Source: Pirellulales bacterium (GTDB lineage: Bacteria > Planctomycetota > Planctomycetia > Pirellulales > PALSA-1355). Taken from it: 64,000 bases of DNA. Both the position numbers and the translations under genes were made by a program. Positions within the stretch are counted from its first letter, which is position 1. Every line of letters starts with the position of its first letter. The DNA lies in assembly GCA_963733035.1 (NCBI GenBank), contig CAVTBU010000007.1, positions 576,001 to 640,000 on the forward strand. Reading direction: 5' to 3'. This document shows, piece by piece, positions 40,636 to 50,725 of this stretch. The notes beneath the pieces were generated by a model. That model saw only the letters and a program-made list of their open reading frames with translations, made no database searches and was not told the origin of the DNA.

Positions 40636-40857
40636 ATGGCAACGGCTCAACAATCTTGCCGGGAGCAAATCGGGGAAACCGCCGGAATGGTTTGGCACTG
40701 TCTAAACGAGAATGGTCCGCGCACGCTGACACAACTTGCCAAGGACATTGACGCCCCGCGCGATGTCATCATGCAAGCGATCGGCTGGCTGGCCCGGGAA
40801 GACAAGATCGCCATCGAAGAAGAAGCTCGCAAGAAGCTCGTAGTGCTGCGAGCCTAA
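40636..40857 (+). CDS. Small winged helix-turn-helix protein (DUF2582-like)
   Basis: IGETAG.VW..L...MQAIGWLAREDKI. Confidence 0.85.
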   Translation: MATAQQSCREQIGETAGMVWHCLNENGPRTLTQLAKDIDAPRDVIMQAIGWLAREDKIAIEEEARKKLVVLRA

Positions 40858-40913
40858 GCTTCAATTATCAACTGCTCATAGGAAGGTGGGGGCGGGATCG
40901 CGTCTTCGCCTCG

Positions 40914-43589
40914 CTACTTGGCCGTTGATTCGTAGAGCGGCAGGTGCCGATAGTAGACTTCCAGCGACAGCAAGTTCAGCGTCGTAACATAGATTCGCCC
41001 GGCGTGAGGACCCCAGCGATCGGGCACCGGACGGCGCGGGTCCCAACTGCCGGCCAGCGGCCCGGACTGCTGCTGCGTGTCAACAAGCAAGGGATGCAGG
41101 CGGCCGTTCCACTCGCTCCAGTACTTGCCACGCATATGAAACATGACCTGGGTGGCATAGTACCAATAGTACGTGTCGCGGGCCGGGCTACGAGAGGCGC
41201 CGTTCTCGGGAAGCCGACCGAGCAGGTATTCGGCCCCTTCGACCATGTGCGCGTCGTCACGGTCGAGCCCCGTGTACAGCCGCATTAGGAGACCGACAGC
41301 GGTCATTGCGGGTGTGGGCGATCGGCCGTGTCGCTGCTGAGGTGTGTCCGGTGCCGACGGATTGTAAACGTACCGCGAACCGACCACTTGCGCGCCATCC
41401 AGCCAGCGGCGAACTCGATCGTAAGCGTCCCGCGGCACCTCGAGCCCGGCAAGTTCGCCGCTCTTTAGGGCCATCAATTGCCAACCGCTGACCGACGTGT
41501 CGGAACCGTTGCCGGGTACGTAGCGCCACGCCCCGCGCCGTGGATCCTGCGCGGCGATGATGAAGTCGATTGCCTTTTGGGCTGGGGCCCGCAGCACCGG
41601 ATCACCTGTCATTCCATAGGCTTCACAGAGCGCAATCGTGGCAATACCGTGGCTATACAGCCATGCGCTACGATTGGATCGCTCATCTTCAGGACGATAG
41701 AGGTCGCCGTTGGCACGCTGGTGTTTGATCAAATCGTCTAGCGCCCGCTGCACGACGTCGGCGTAGGCACCCCCATAGTGATCATATCCGGCCCCCAAGA
41801 ACGACAGTAAGCCCAAGCCCGTGGCGGCCGTTTCGGCGCGGAATGTCGGCGGCGGTTCGGGAACGTCCGCAGCCGGACCGAATTGGAGACTCCAACTGCC
41901 GTCGGCGCGTTGGTGATTGGCCAGAAAGACGAGCCCTAGTTCGATGGCGGCTTCCGTGCGTTCGGCCATCCGCCCGCTAGGGCCGCCCGGGTTGCGACGT
42001 GCTCCTCCACGGCGCGCAAAAGCGTCGGTCGGCTCGCGCGAGCGGCCATCGATCGTTGGCGGACCACCGGTCCTGCGCGACAGCAAGCGGCCGGGAGTGA
42101 CGTCGACAAGCTGGCTCTCCTCGCTGGCACGTCGATTCGGGGTCCCCAGGTCCAGTACAGCTCGATCGCTCAATCCTCCCTGCTTGGTTGGGGCTGGTAA
42201 GGGCACAGGCAGCCTTGCGGTTCCCGTCGCCTGTGAGGGTTTGATCGCCGGCACCGAAGGCGCAGGACGGCTCAACTTAGGTAAATTCGGCGACACCGTG
42301 TCGCTTTCCTCCGTCTCTAGCTCGGCGAGCGACGGCAGTCGCAATACGGGGTTTGCCGGAATGTTGGTCATCGACTTGGCGAGCTGATTTGCCGGCGCGC
42401 CAGCGCGCGAGGATAGCGGCGAGGATTTACTAGTCGACTGCCTGTCGGATGACAGCTTGGGCGTCAACGAAGGATTTAGGGGTGCCGAGGGGCGCACCGC
42501 AACGCGAGTTTCAATCGAATCGCGCAAAGTGCCGACCTCGCGTGGTGCAGTGATTCCGGAACCTGCCCGCAGTGGGGCGGGAACCAGCGGTTGCGGCTCA
42601 TCGGTCGTTTTGTCGCTTCCGCTTTGCGCGCGCGGAACGTCAGCGATCTGTGCTGACCGAACTTGCGGAGCCTCCACGTGTCGCATCGTGAGCGGTCCGG
42701 GTAACGAAGGAACCTGCGGCCCGATGGACGGCTCGTCGAAGTGGCGCGGCGAATCGGCGACGTTTGGTGTTCGTTCCAGCGGCCTTGATGCGGGCAGTTC
42801 ATTGGACAGCGGCAGCTTTGGTTCTACCGGCTCTGTCACCACTGGCGTGGGTGTAGAGTTTGCTGCCGTGGGCCTATCGAGTTCCGCTGCCACGTCTAGT
42901 TCCGGTACCGCGACGGGTTCCGGCACATTCAGTTCTATCGTACTCGCTTCGGCGCGGCTGAGCTCAGCGCTTTCTGGGGCGAGCCGCGGGGCGGCCTCTT
43001 CGAGCTTCTTGAGCGGGATTAGCTGCGGCTGTACGTCAGGTGCTGTGCCCGACAATGGGCTGGGCTGACTTTCTAGCGGCATCTCGTCAAGTTTTTGCGA
43101 TGGCCGGCGGCTGAGCTCTTCCCGCGGTTCTTCTGGCGTCTCTGTCGTCACCGGTTTGTCAAATTCCTCGGTTGGCTCATCCGGAGCGCGAATGTGGTAG
43201 TCCGGAGCGCGGAACTCTTCGACAGGGGGTGTTCGCCGGGAATCCGGAACGCGGGCGTCCGCCAGCGCCGCGAGCCGATACTGATTGAGGGAAACGAACA
43301 ATAAGATATGCGCCAGCAGGCTGAGTACGGCAGCCAACTGCAGCCCGCGGCGAGATCGATCGAGTCGGCTGACACCCAGGATGAGCAACAGCGTGACCGC
43401 GATCAAGGTTCCGAGATAAGTCCAGCCGTTGGCCCACCAGCGTGGATCTTCGAAGCTAGCAACACGGTAAATCACGCCCGCACCCAATAGCGCGAGCACC
43501 AACAAGGCCGCAAGCACGGGCCACAGACGGTCGTCGAAAGTGACCGTCGGTCGGACGGTGGTATCGCGTTGATCAGGGGCAACGGACAT
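40914..43589 (-). CDS. Membrane-anchored protein: transmembrane helices with SxxxH, long Pro-rich linker, C-terminal prenyltransferase/squalene-oxidase-repeat (alpha/alpha barrel) domain
   Basis: SLLAHILL in the third transmembrane helix. QW-like repeats QRADGSW, QRANGDL, QDPRRGAW and QQQSGPLAGSW; also DTSVSGWQ.MALKSG, YYWYYATQ and LEVYYR. Confidence 0.85.
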   Translation of the reverse strand: MSVAPDQRDTTVRPTVTFDDRLWPVLAALLVLALLGAGVIYRVASFEDPRWWANGWTYLGTLIAVTLLLILGVSRLDRSRRGLQLAAVLSLLAHILLFVSLNQYRLAALADARVPDSRRTPPVEEFRAPDYHIRAPDEPTEEFDKPVTTETPEEPREELSRRPSQKLDEMPLESQPSPLSGTAPDVQPQLIPLKKLEEAAPRLAPESAELSRAEASTIELNVPEPVAVPELDVAAELDRPTAANSTPTPVVTEPVEPKLPLSNELPASRPLERTPNVADSPRHFDEPSIGPQVPSLPGPLTMRHVEAPQVRSAQIADVPRAQSGSDKTTDEPQPLVPAPLRAGSGITAPREVGTLRDSIETRVAVRPSAPLNPSLTPKLSSDRQSTSKSSPLSSRAGAPANQLAKSMTNIPANPVLRLPSLAELETEESDTVSPNLPKLSRPAPSVPAIKPSQATGTARLPVPLPAPTKQGGLSDRAVLDLGTPNRRASEESQLVDVTPGRLLSRRTGGPPTIDGRSREPTDAFARRGGARRNPGGPSGRMAERTEAAIELGLVFLANHQRADGSWSLQFGPAADVPEPPPTFRAETAATGLGLLSFLGAGYDHYGGAYADVVQRALDDLIKHQRANGDLYRPEDERSNRSAWLYSHGIATIALCEAYGMTGDPVLRAPAQKAIDFIIAAQDPRRGAWRYVPGNGSDTSVSGWQLMALKSGELAGLEVPRDAYDRVRRWLDGAQVVGSRYVYNPSAPDTPQQRHGRSPTPAMTAVGLLMRLYTGLDRDDAHMVEGAEYLLGRLPENGASRSPARDTYYWYYATQVMFHMRGKYWSEWNGRLHPLLVDTQQQSGPLAGSWDPRRPVPDRWGPHAGRIYVTTLNLLSLEVYYRHLPLYESTAK

Positions 43590-43641
43590 GAGTTGTGAAA
43601 GTCGTTGGTCGCGGCGATGTTCGTCCAGGCACGTCAGCCCA

Positions 43642-44067
43642 CTATCCGGGTTTTTCCAATGCTGTGGTTGTGACGCGGTAGTCCCGAATGCCCGCCTTGT
43701 TGCAGAGATTCATCACAGCCACTACGAATTCCCAGCGGCACTGTCGGTCGGCGCGGATCTCGACGGTTTGCTGGCCTGGATTGTTTGCCGAAACCTGCCT
43801 CAGTTTGGCTTCGAGCCCCTTGGAATCGAATTCTTCACGGCCAATGAAATAACGCCCCTGAGCGTCGACGTTCACAAACAGTAGGTCGGGCTTGGTGGTC
43901 AGCGGACGGGCCTCGCTGGCGTGCGGCAACACGATGTTCAGCTCGCGTTCATCCTCGGCAAACTTGCTTGCCACCAAAAAGAACAGCAAGAGCTGAAATA
44001 CGACGTCGATCATCGGCGTGAGATTGACGAGCCCAGCCGAGCGCCCCTTGTCGATCTTGACGCTCAT
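43642..44067 (-). CDS. exbD: Biopolymer transporter ExbD/TolR family
   Basis: NLTPMIDVVFQLLLFF with the conserved transmembrane Asp; IRAD motif. Confidence 0.92.
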   Translation of the reverse strand: MSVKIDKGRSAGLVNLTPMIDVVFQLLLFFLVASKFAEDERELNIVLPHASEARPLTTKPDLLFVNVDAQGRYFIGREEFDSKGLEAKLRQVSANNPGQQTVEIRADRQCRWEFVVAVMNLCNKAGIRDYRVTTTALEKPG

Positions 44068-44071
44068 GGCA

Positions 44072-45022
44072 CTACTCGCTGGCCGCGGCTGCTTTTTGTG
44101 CCGGCCCGGCCTCATGAGGTTTCGTTTCGTCCTCGTTTGTTCCGTTGGCCGTGAAGCCCATGCGGACGCGGCCCTCGTAACGTTGCAATGCTGGCACAAG
44201 GCGACTGCTGAGCTCCTCCAATTGCCCAAATAGTCGCTGGATCTTACCTTCAAAGTAGTGCGCCAAGACGACAGCGGGAATCGCGACGCACAAACCAGCA
44301 AACGTGGTGATCAGGGCGATGTACACACCGGAGGCCAGAGCTTGAGCCTTATTCGCACCATCGGGGAGATGAGCCGTTTCATAGAATGCGAGAATCATTC
44401 CCTGCACCGTACCGGCCAGACCTAATAGCGGTGCCACTGTGGCGGAGAGATTCAGCGGGCGAATGTTTGAATAGAGCCGTGCGACTTCGCGCTCGCTTGC
44501 CTTGGTCGCGGTCGACTCGAGTTCCGCCTGTGGGCGGCCGGTTTGAAGTAGGATCGCGCGGATCACGTTGGCGGCTGCGGATGGGTACTTATGACAGAGT
44601 CGCCAGGCGTGGCGAGGATCGAATGCCCCGCCCTTCCCGGCTAGCATCTCGTTCAGCCCGCGAATCAACTTGCGTGGAACGACCTTACGACGGCGGAGAC
44701 CAATGATCCGTTCGATGCCGAACAGTACGACGACGAACGAGAATGCATAGATCGGGTACATAAAGACGCCGCCAACCATGGGGGACGCCATCTCGAATAG
44801 GTTCATTCCCTCATCGGCGGTTGGCGCCGGCGTTGTTTCCGCGGGCGTCGGTTCGGCGGCCATGGCGGATTCAAACCGTTCGTCGGCCATGTCCTTGGCC
44901 GATGGTTGTTGGGCCGCAGCCGTCAGGCCACAGGCCAGCACTAGCATTGCCGCCAGGAGGATCCGCGGTAGCGTAGTCCGAAAGTTCACAACGAGGCTAG
45001 TTGTCGGCATCCACTCACACAT
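44072..45022 (-). CDS. exbB: MotA/TolQ/ExbB proton channel family protein (start uncertain)
   Basis: APLLGLAGTVQGMI.AF and LASGVYIALITTFAGL.VAIP; signal-peptide-like N-terminus. Confidence 0.92.
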   Translation of the reverse strand: MCEWMPTTSLVVNFRTTLPRILLAAMLVLACGLTAAAQQPSAKDMADERFESAMAAEPTPAETTPAPTADEGMNLFEMASPMVGGVFMYPIYAFSFVVVLFGIERIIGLRRRKVVPRKLIRGLNEMLAGKGGAFDPRHAWRLCHKYPSAAANVIRAILLQTGRPQAELESTATKASEREVARLYSNIRPLNLSATVAPLLGLAGTVQGMILAFYETAHLPDGANKAQALASGVYIALITTFAGLCVAIPAVVLAHYFEGKIQRLFGQLEELSSRLVPALQRYEGRVRMGFTANGTNEDETKPHEAGPAQKAAAASE

Positions 45023-45080
45023 TTCCTGATTGGTTCTCGGCTCTCACCGAGAATGACGTAGTTTGTCGCCCCAATGGGAG

Positions 45081-48000
45081 TTACGAGCCCAATGCTTCCA
45101 GTCGATTTTTGGCCAACGGAACTTTGTCGCTTTGAGGGTACTTGTCGACTACCTCCTGATACGACTTCCGAGCTTGATCGACCATTTTTAGAACTTCGAA
45201 ACAACGGGCCGCTTCGTACGAGGCGTTCGCTTGCCAGACCTGTAAGGCATCAGGGGCCTTGGGGTAACCATACCCGTAGGCGACCTTGAAAAAATTGCGA
45301 ATAGCCTCTTTATATTGTTTCTTCTCGAACAGGATCTCGCCGAGCATGAAACGCGCTCTAGCCGACACTTCGCGATCGGTTTGAGCAATTACTTCCTCAT
45401 AGCGGACAACGGCTTCCTCCGTTTGTCCCAAATTCTGGCACGCCCAGCCGGATTCGTATTGCAATTCGGGTAGGTAGGCGGAATCTCCAAACTGTACGAT
45501 GGCGTCATCGAGAAGTTTCTGACTCGCTTCCCACTTCTGCTGTTGTGCAAGCGCCTGACCAGCATGCAAATATGCCAAGGCTTGAAAAACCGGATTTTCG
45601 CTGGGACGGGTGAACGACTTTTGGTAGGTCTCGACGGCCGCTTCATAGAGGTTCTGTCCGAACAATGATTCACCGACCATGAACAACGCATCGGCTGCGA
45701 GTTCACCTTCCGGATAGTCAGTCAGTTGCTTACGAAATGCCGCGGTTGCCGCGGCGAGTTCGCCTCCTTGATACAATGCCCAACCTCTCTTGTGAGCGGC
45801 TTTTTCGCCCAATCCGCCATGGCCGGCTTTGTCGTGCGCCGCCCGATAGTGTTCGGCCGCACGGGCAAATTCTTTTGCCGCGTAGTCGGCTTCGCCCAAA
45901 TGGTAGAAGCCCTCGGCTGCTAGCGGGCTCATGGGATGTTGCTCGGCGAGTTGGGCAAATGCGGCAATTGCTTTGTCTTCATGGCCGTCGGATTTCAGCG
46001 CCCAGGCGAGTTCATAGAGGACTTTGTCCGCGCCGGAGAAATTAGGATCGGCATCGAGAACGGAGCGAAACGCATCAGCTGCCGGCTCCCATCGCTGTAA
46101 ACCGGCATAGCACAGTCCTTGCAAGTACAGGGCGTCGAGCCGATCTGCCGCGGGCGGATTGGACACCAACTCCGTAAGGTCGTCGAGAGCGGCGGTGTAT
46201 TTTTGTTGGCGTTCACGAGCGACCGCGCGTGCATAGCGCGCCTTGGCCATGGTGGGTTCTTGTGGAAACAACTCGAGGTACCTGGTCAGCGTGGTCTCGG
46301 CAGCGGCGAAATCTTGTTGCTCCAACTCAACGCTGGCCAAGCCGAACATGGCGTGAGATGCCAAGGCGCCTTGTGGCCAAGTCTTCAATAACTTCCGGTA
46401 GTCCTGTGTGGCCGCCGCGAAATTCCCGGCCCGAGCCTCGTATTCGCCAAGGAGTAGGTATGCTCGTTCCAATCGCGGACTATGCGGAAATTCGGTCGTA
46501 AGCCGCCGTAGCGTGTCGCAGGCTTCATCCAGTTTGGCCTCTGCCTGGTATGCAGTGGCTAGCGTGAGCAATGCTTCATCCGCACGCGGACCAGTCGGAG
46601 CGTCAGCGAGCGCAGCTAGTAGCGACTTGACGGCTGCCGCGTGTTCCCCAAGTTCGGCTTGGGCGCTGCCGAGCAAGAATTGTCCTTCGGCCGCTAGTGC
46701 AACCGGTTTGAGCTGCGATACGACCGGCGACAACGTGGCAACGACGTCGGCAAGTTGTTCGTCGAGAAACAGAGACAAACCGAGCCGCACTTTCCAGGAT
46801 GCTGCCTCCGCGTGCTTGGGAAACTTTGCCAGAAGTTCGCGATAGGCCGCCGTCGCCGCGGCGTATCGCTTCTGCTGGAGTGCCGCTTCGGCGACGATAT
46901 AGTGTACGTCTGCCGCCAGCGGATCCTCGGCGTGTGCTTTAAGAAATTCTTCACCGTATTGCTCGGCCTTGACATAATCTCCCTGTCCAAGCGAAGCGAA
47001 CGCTGCCATGTACAAGGCCTGTGGCGCGAGTTCGTGCGCCGGATATTGCTCCGCCAATGCTGCATATGCGACGATGGCGTCTGGACGTCTCCCATTGATC
47101 TCGTAGAGCGTGTCGCCCCGATCGAGCATCAATTGCGGCTCTTGCTTGCTTCCTTTCGCGTCAGCCAGGACGCGCTCAAGCGCGGTCAGTGCCTGGTCCG
47201 GCTGCTTCTGCTTTAGGTACGTGCGAACCAGGCCGTGCGTCGCTTCGAGTGCTAGTGGATCGTCGGAGATCGCCACCGCGTTGAACGCCTTGGCTGAGGC
47301 GTCCCAATCTGCGAGCTGGTAGTAGTTATTGCCCGCCGCAATGAGTGCCGCGCTGCGATGCGCCGAGTTCGGGAATCGATCGGGAATCGCGGCATAGAGT
47401 GCCGCCGCCTCGGCTGTCTTACCCTGAGCTACCAGGCAGGCTGCCTGCCGCATGGCGGCCAGATCGGCATGAGCAAAGTCTTTCGAGGCGGCCGCTGAAG
47501 CGAACCATTGCTCGGCCGCGGAGTGCTTGCCTTCGGCGAACAAAGATTCCGCGCGTCGCAGAATCACTTCAGCACGAAGCGGATGTTGCGGGTACGCCTT
47601 GAGAAACGTATCGAACGTCGTGCCAGCCAGTTTGTTGTTTCCTAGATCTTGTTGCGTCACGCCCAGGGCATACAGTCCTTCGGCCCGATGTGGGCTTTCA
47701 GTAAACTGGTCGACCAACTGTTTATAAGACCGGGCGGCGACGTCTTTCTTGTTCCGAGCGTAAAGCGATTCACCACGGTAATAGAGCGCCTCGGAAACTT
47801 CTTTCGATTTGGGGAACTTCTCGATGAGCGTTTGCAGAGTGGCGGCGGCTTGGTCATAGAATTCCGTCTTTCCTGTCTGTGCCAAGCTATACTGAGCCAA
47901 GCCCAGATTCAGGTAGCTGGCATCTGCAAGGCCGCTCTCGGGATGCTCTCTTATGACGCGCTCGAATGTGGTTACCGCATCGGCAAAGTTCTTCTGCAGT

Positions 48001-48377
48001 AACTCGCAAACACCCAGGTAATGGCGGGCCTTTGCTGCCAGTGGATCGGCAGGAAATTTCTTAAGAAAGGACTGCCACTCGTCGGCTGCCAGATCGTAGA
48101 CGCCCCGATCTTGGAAAGCCACGGCGTCGCGAAACTGCCGGATCGCCGCGGGTGGAGACTTGGTATTCGGCGCCCCGTCATTCTTTGCGGCTGGCGAGCT
48201 ATTGGGAGGCTGAGCTAGCGCAGCGGACGGCGCAATCAACAGCGCGACCACCGCCGCGTATGCGAGTGCCCATCTTAAGTCGGCAATCGTCATCCAGCAA
48301 AGCTCTCGTACGCGCCGTTGTTCCGGAGAAGTTTGGTGTGGCCCAGCCATTATTTCAGTACTTCCGTGGGAAAACAA
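45081..48377 (-). CDS. Large secreted tetratricopeptide repeat protein (CpoB/BamD-like TPR units)
   Basis: Signal/hydrophobic N-terminus followed by many 'F...FP.S....A.Y..G' TPR units over about 1000 aa. Confidence 0.9.
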   Translation of the reverse strand: MFSHGSTEIMAGPHQTSPEQRRVRELCWMTIADLRWALAYAAVVALLIAPSAALAQPPNSSPAAKNDGAPNTKSPPAAIRQFRDAVAFQDRGVYDLAADEWQSFLKKFPADPLAAKARHYLGVCELLQKNFADAVTTFERVIREHPESGLADASYLNLGLAQYSLAQTGKTEFYDQAAATLQTLIEKFPKSKEVSEALYYRGESLYARNKKDVAARSYKQLVDQFTESPHRAEGLYALGVTQQDLGNNKLAGTTFDTFLKAYPQHPLRAEVILRRAESLFAEGKHSAAEQWFASAAASKDFAHADLAAMRQAACLVAQGKTAEAAALYAAIPDRFPNSAHRSAALIAAGNNYYQLADWDASAKAFNAVAISDDPLALEATHGLVRTYLKQKQPDQALTALERVLADAKGSKQEPQLMLDRGDTLYEINGRRPDAIVAYAALAEQYPAHELAPQALYMAAFASLGQGDYVKAEQYGEEFLKAHAEDPLAADVHYIVAEAALQQKRYAAATAAYRELLAKFPKHAEAASWKVRLGLSLFLDEQLADVVATLSPVVSQLKPVALAAEGQFLLGSAQAELGEHAAAVKSLLAALADAPTGPRADEALLTLATAYQAEAKLDEACDTLRRLTTEFPHSPRLERAYLLLGEYEARAGNFAAATQDYRKLLKTWPQGALASHAMFGLASVELEQQDFAAAETTLTRYLELFPQEPTMAKARYARAVARERQQKYTAALDDLTELVSNPPAADRLDALYLQGLCYAGLQRWEPAADAFRSVLDADPNFSGADKVLYELAWALKSDGHEDKAIAAFAQLAEQHPMSPLAAEGFYHLGEADYAAKEFARAAEHYRAAHDKAGHGGLGEKAAHKRGWALYQGGELAAATAAFRKQLTDYPEGELAADALFMVGESLFGQNLYEAAVETYQKSFTRPSENPVFQALAYLHAGQALAQQQKWEASQKLLDDAIVQFGDSAYLPELQYESGWACQNLGQTEEAVVRYEEVIAQTDREVSARARFMLGEILFEKKQYKEAIRNFFKVAYGYGYPKAPDALQVWQANASYEAARCFEVLKMVDQARKSYQEVVDKYPQSDKVPLAKNRLEALGS

Positions 48378-48493
48378 GAAACCCTTTCGGCGCCAGTGGA
48401 TAAGGTGACGTTGATCATGCCTTGCGCGGCCCCTATGATTGATCGATCGCGAACCAAGAACGTACCAAACACTTTTCTCTGGACATTGCCGCG

Positions 48494-49588
48494 TTGTCAG
48501 AACTCAATTCCATCTACCAAGTTGCGATCGGCCTGCTGGCTCAAGCAACCCCTACGGACGGTGCAAGCGGCGTCCAAGTCTGGCACTGGATCGCCTTTGG
48601 CGTATTCGTCGTCGTGGTGCTGGTCCTTGACCTGTTTGTCTTTCACCGCGAGTCACAGGAGCCGACTTTACGCGAGTCGGCCACCTGGACGCTTATCTGG
48701 TGTGGGTTGGCGCTGGCCTTTAACGGGCTGATATGGGCCTGGCGCGGCAGTGCTATCGGCATCCTGTTTCTTACGGGCTATCTGGTCGAATGGTCGTTGT
48801 CGATGGACAACGTATTTGTCTTCGCTGTCGTCTTCAGTTTCTTCGGCGTGCCGCTGAAATATCAGTATCGTGTGCTGTTTTGGGGAATCCTCGGCGCGAT
48901 CGTAATGCGGCTGGCCTTTATCCTGGCCGGAACTGCCCTGCTGGAGCGATTTGGCTGGGTGATGCCCATCTTTGGGGCCTTTCTGATTTACACGGCCTTT
49001 AAGCTCGCAACGCATGGTGACTCGGAGGTCAATCCCGAGAAAAACATCCTGCTGCGGCTGGCGCGGCGGCTGTTTCCTGTGAGTAAGGAGCCGCATGGCC
49101 ACCGATTCTTTGTCATCGAGAACGGCCGTCGATGCATCACGCCGTTGTTTCTGGTGCTATTGGTCGTTGAAAGTACCGACGTCCTGTTTGCCGTTGACAG
49201 CGTGCCTGCCATTTTTGGAATCACGAAGGATGCGTTTACGGTGTTCACGTCGAACATCTTTGCCATTCTAGGGCTGCGGGCTCTCTACTTCCTGTTGGCC
49301 GGCGTGATGGACATGTTCCGCTATTTGAACTACGGTCTGTCGGCCGTATTGGCGTTCGTGGGCATTAAGATGGTTGGCGAGTGGTACCGGGGCCACCATT
49401 TGTTTGATCCACTCGCGTCGCTGCTGATCATCCTGTCACTCTTGGCCGTGGCGATTGCGGCGTCGATTGTCGCCAACCGTCGGGAGCAGGCTCTCCAGCA
49501 CAGCCAATCGATTGACCCCGACGCAACGCTCGACGAGAGTGCCGCCAAGACGATGGACGGCCGCGGCCCCCTGAGGCGAGCGCCATAA
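48494..49588 (+). CDS. TerC/Alx family membrane protein
   Basis: GYLVEWSLSMDNVFVF, QYRVLFWGILGA, VESTDVLFAVDSVPAI and TSNIFAILGLRALYF. Confidence 0.93.
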   Translation: MSELNSIYQVAIGLLAQATPTDGASGVQVWHWIAFGVFVVVVLVLDLFVFHRESQEPTLRESATWTLIWCGLALAFNGLIWAWRGSAIGILFLTGYLVEWSLSMDNVFVFAVVFSFFGVPLKYQYRVLFWGILGAIVMRLAFILAGTALLERFGWVMPIFGAFLIYTAFKLATHGDSEVNPEKNILLRLARRLFPVSKEPHGHRFFVIENGRRCITPLFLVLLVVESTDVLFAVDSVPAIFGITKDAFTVFTSNIFAILGLRALYFLLAGVMDMFRYLNYGLSAVLAFVGIKMVGEWYRGHHLFDPLASLLIILSLLAVAIAASIVANRREQALQHSQSIDPDATLDESAAKTMDGRGPLRRAP

Positions 49589-49702
49589 TCGCGAGGATTT
49601 CAGCCTTATCCGCCCGGTAGCCATTACGCAACTTGACGGTGCTGGTCGTGGGGTACACTTTGAACGTAGGACAATTTGCCAGCCCAAGCGAAATAAACGC
49701 AC

Positions 49703-50692
49703 GTGAGACACGCTCTGATAACCGGCGGTGCAGGATTCATTGGCAGCCATTTGGCTGAAGCCCTGTTGGCCCGCGACTACCGAGTAACCGTGCTCGATGA
49801 TGAATCGACCGGGACAGCCGAAAATCTGGCAGCGGTTCGCGATCACTTCAACTTCAGCTTCGTGGCGGGTACCGCGGCCGACAAGTCGCTGGTCCGGCAA
49901 CTCGTGACCGATGTGGACGAGGTGTACCATCTGGCTGCGGCCGTCGGTGTGCAATTGATCTCGACGGCACCGATCCACACGATCGAGACAAACATCTACC
50001 CGACGGAGCTGGTCCTTAGCGAACTGCTGCGACGCAAGCGCGACGGCTATGCCGTGAAGCTGTTTCTGGCCAGCTCGAGCGAAGTTTACGGCAAGAACCC
50101 CAAGCCGCTGTGGAGCGAAGACGACGACATCGTGCTGGGCCCCACCACCCGAGCTCGCTGGTCATACGGAGCCTCCAAGGCGATTGACGAGTTTCTGGCA
50201 TTGGCCTATTGGCGGCAGCATCGCCTGCCGGTCGTCATCGCCCGTTTCTTCAATGTCGTCGGTCCCCGACAGACGGGCCGCTATGGCATGGTGCTGCCGC
50301 GTTTCGTTGAGGCGGCGCTGGCCGGTCGGCCGCTACTGGTCCACGACGACGGACGCCAAGTGCGATGTTTTGCCCACGTGCATGACGTGGTCCGCTCGGT
50401 CATCGAACTAATGGAAACCGACGCGGCAGTGGCAGGCGTGTTCAATATCGGAAGCGATCAGCCAGTGAGCATCTTGCAGTTGGCCAAGAGCGTGATCGCT
50501 CAGGTTAATCCGAAGCTAGAAATCCAATTTCAGAGTTATGCGGAAGCCTATGACGCCGATTTTGAGGATGTTCGCTCGCGGATTCCTGATCTCACGCGGC
50601 TTCGGCGCACTATCCAATATCGCCCAAAATATGATCTGGAAACGACCATCCGCGAGGTTGTCGAAACCATGCGGGTGAGGCCGCAACGGTAG
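49703..50692 (+). CDS. NAD-dependent nucleotide-sugar epimerase/dehydratase (extended SDR)
   Basis: TGGAGFIGSHL, HLAAAVGV, SSSEVYG, YxxxK (YGASK) and RFFNVVGPRQ. Confidence 0.92.
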   Translation: MRHALITGGAGFIGSHLAEALLARDYRVTVLDDESTGTAENLAAVRDHFNFSFVAGTAADKSLVRQLVTDVDEVYHLAAAVGVQLISTAPIHTIETNIYPTELVLSELLRRKRDGYAVKLFLASSSEVYGKNPKPLWSEDDDIVLGPTTRARWSYGASKAIDEFLALAYWRQHRLPVVIARFFNVVGPRQTGRYGMVLPRFVEAALAGRPLLVHDDGRQVRCFAHVHDVVRSVIELMETDAAVAGVFNIGSDQPVSILQLAKSVIAQVNPKLEIQFQSYAEAYDADFEDVRSRIPDLTRLRRTIQYRPKYDLETTIREVVETMRVRPQR

Positions 50693-50725
50693 GCCGCTGC
50701 GACGCCAAACGCCATTTTTGGGCGG

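Noticed and set aside
40914..41990. Squalene-hopene cyclase call for the barrel domain
   Set aside because: It has a single barrel, no DxDD motif, a membrane anchor with a linker, and no hpn genes nearby.
48378..48494. yybP-ykoY (Mn) riboswitch upstream of the terC/alx gene
   Set aside because: The conserved GGGGAGUAGC-like core is not visible.
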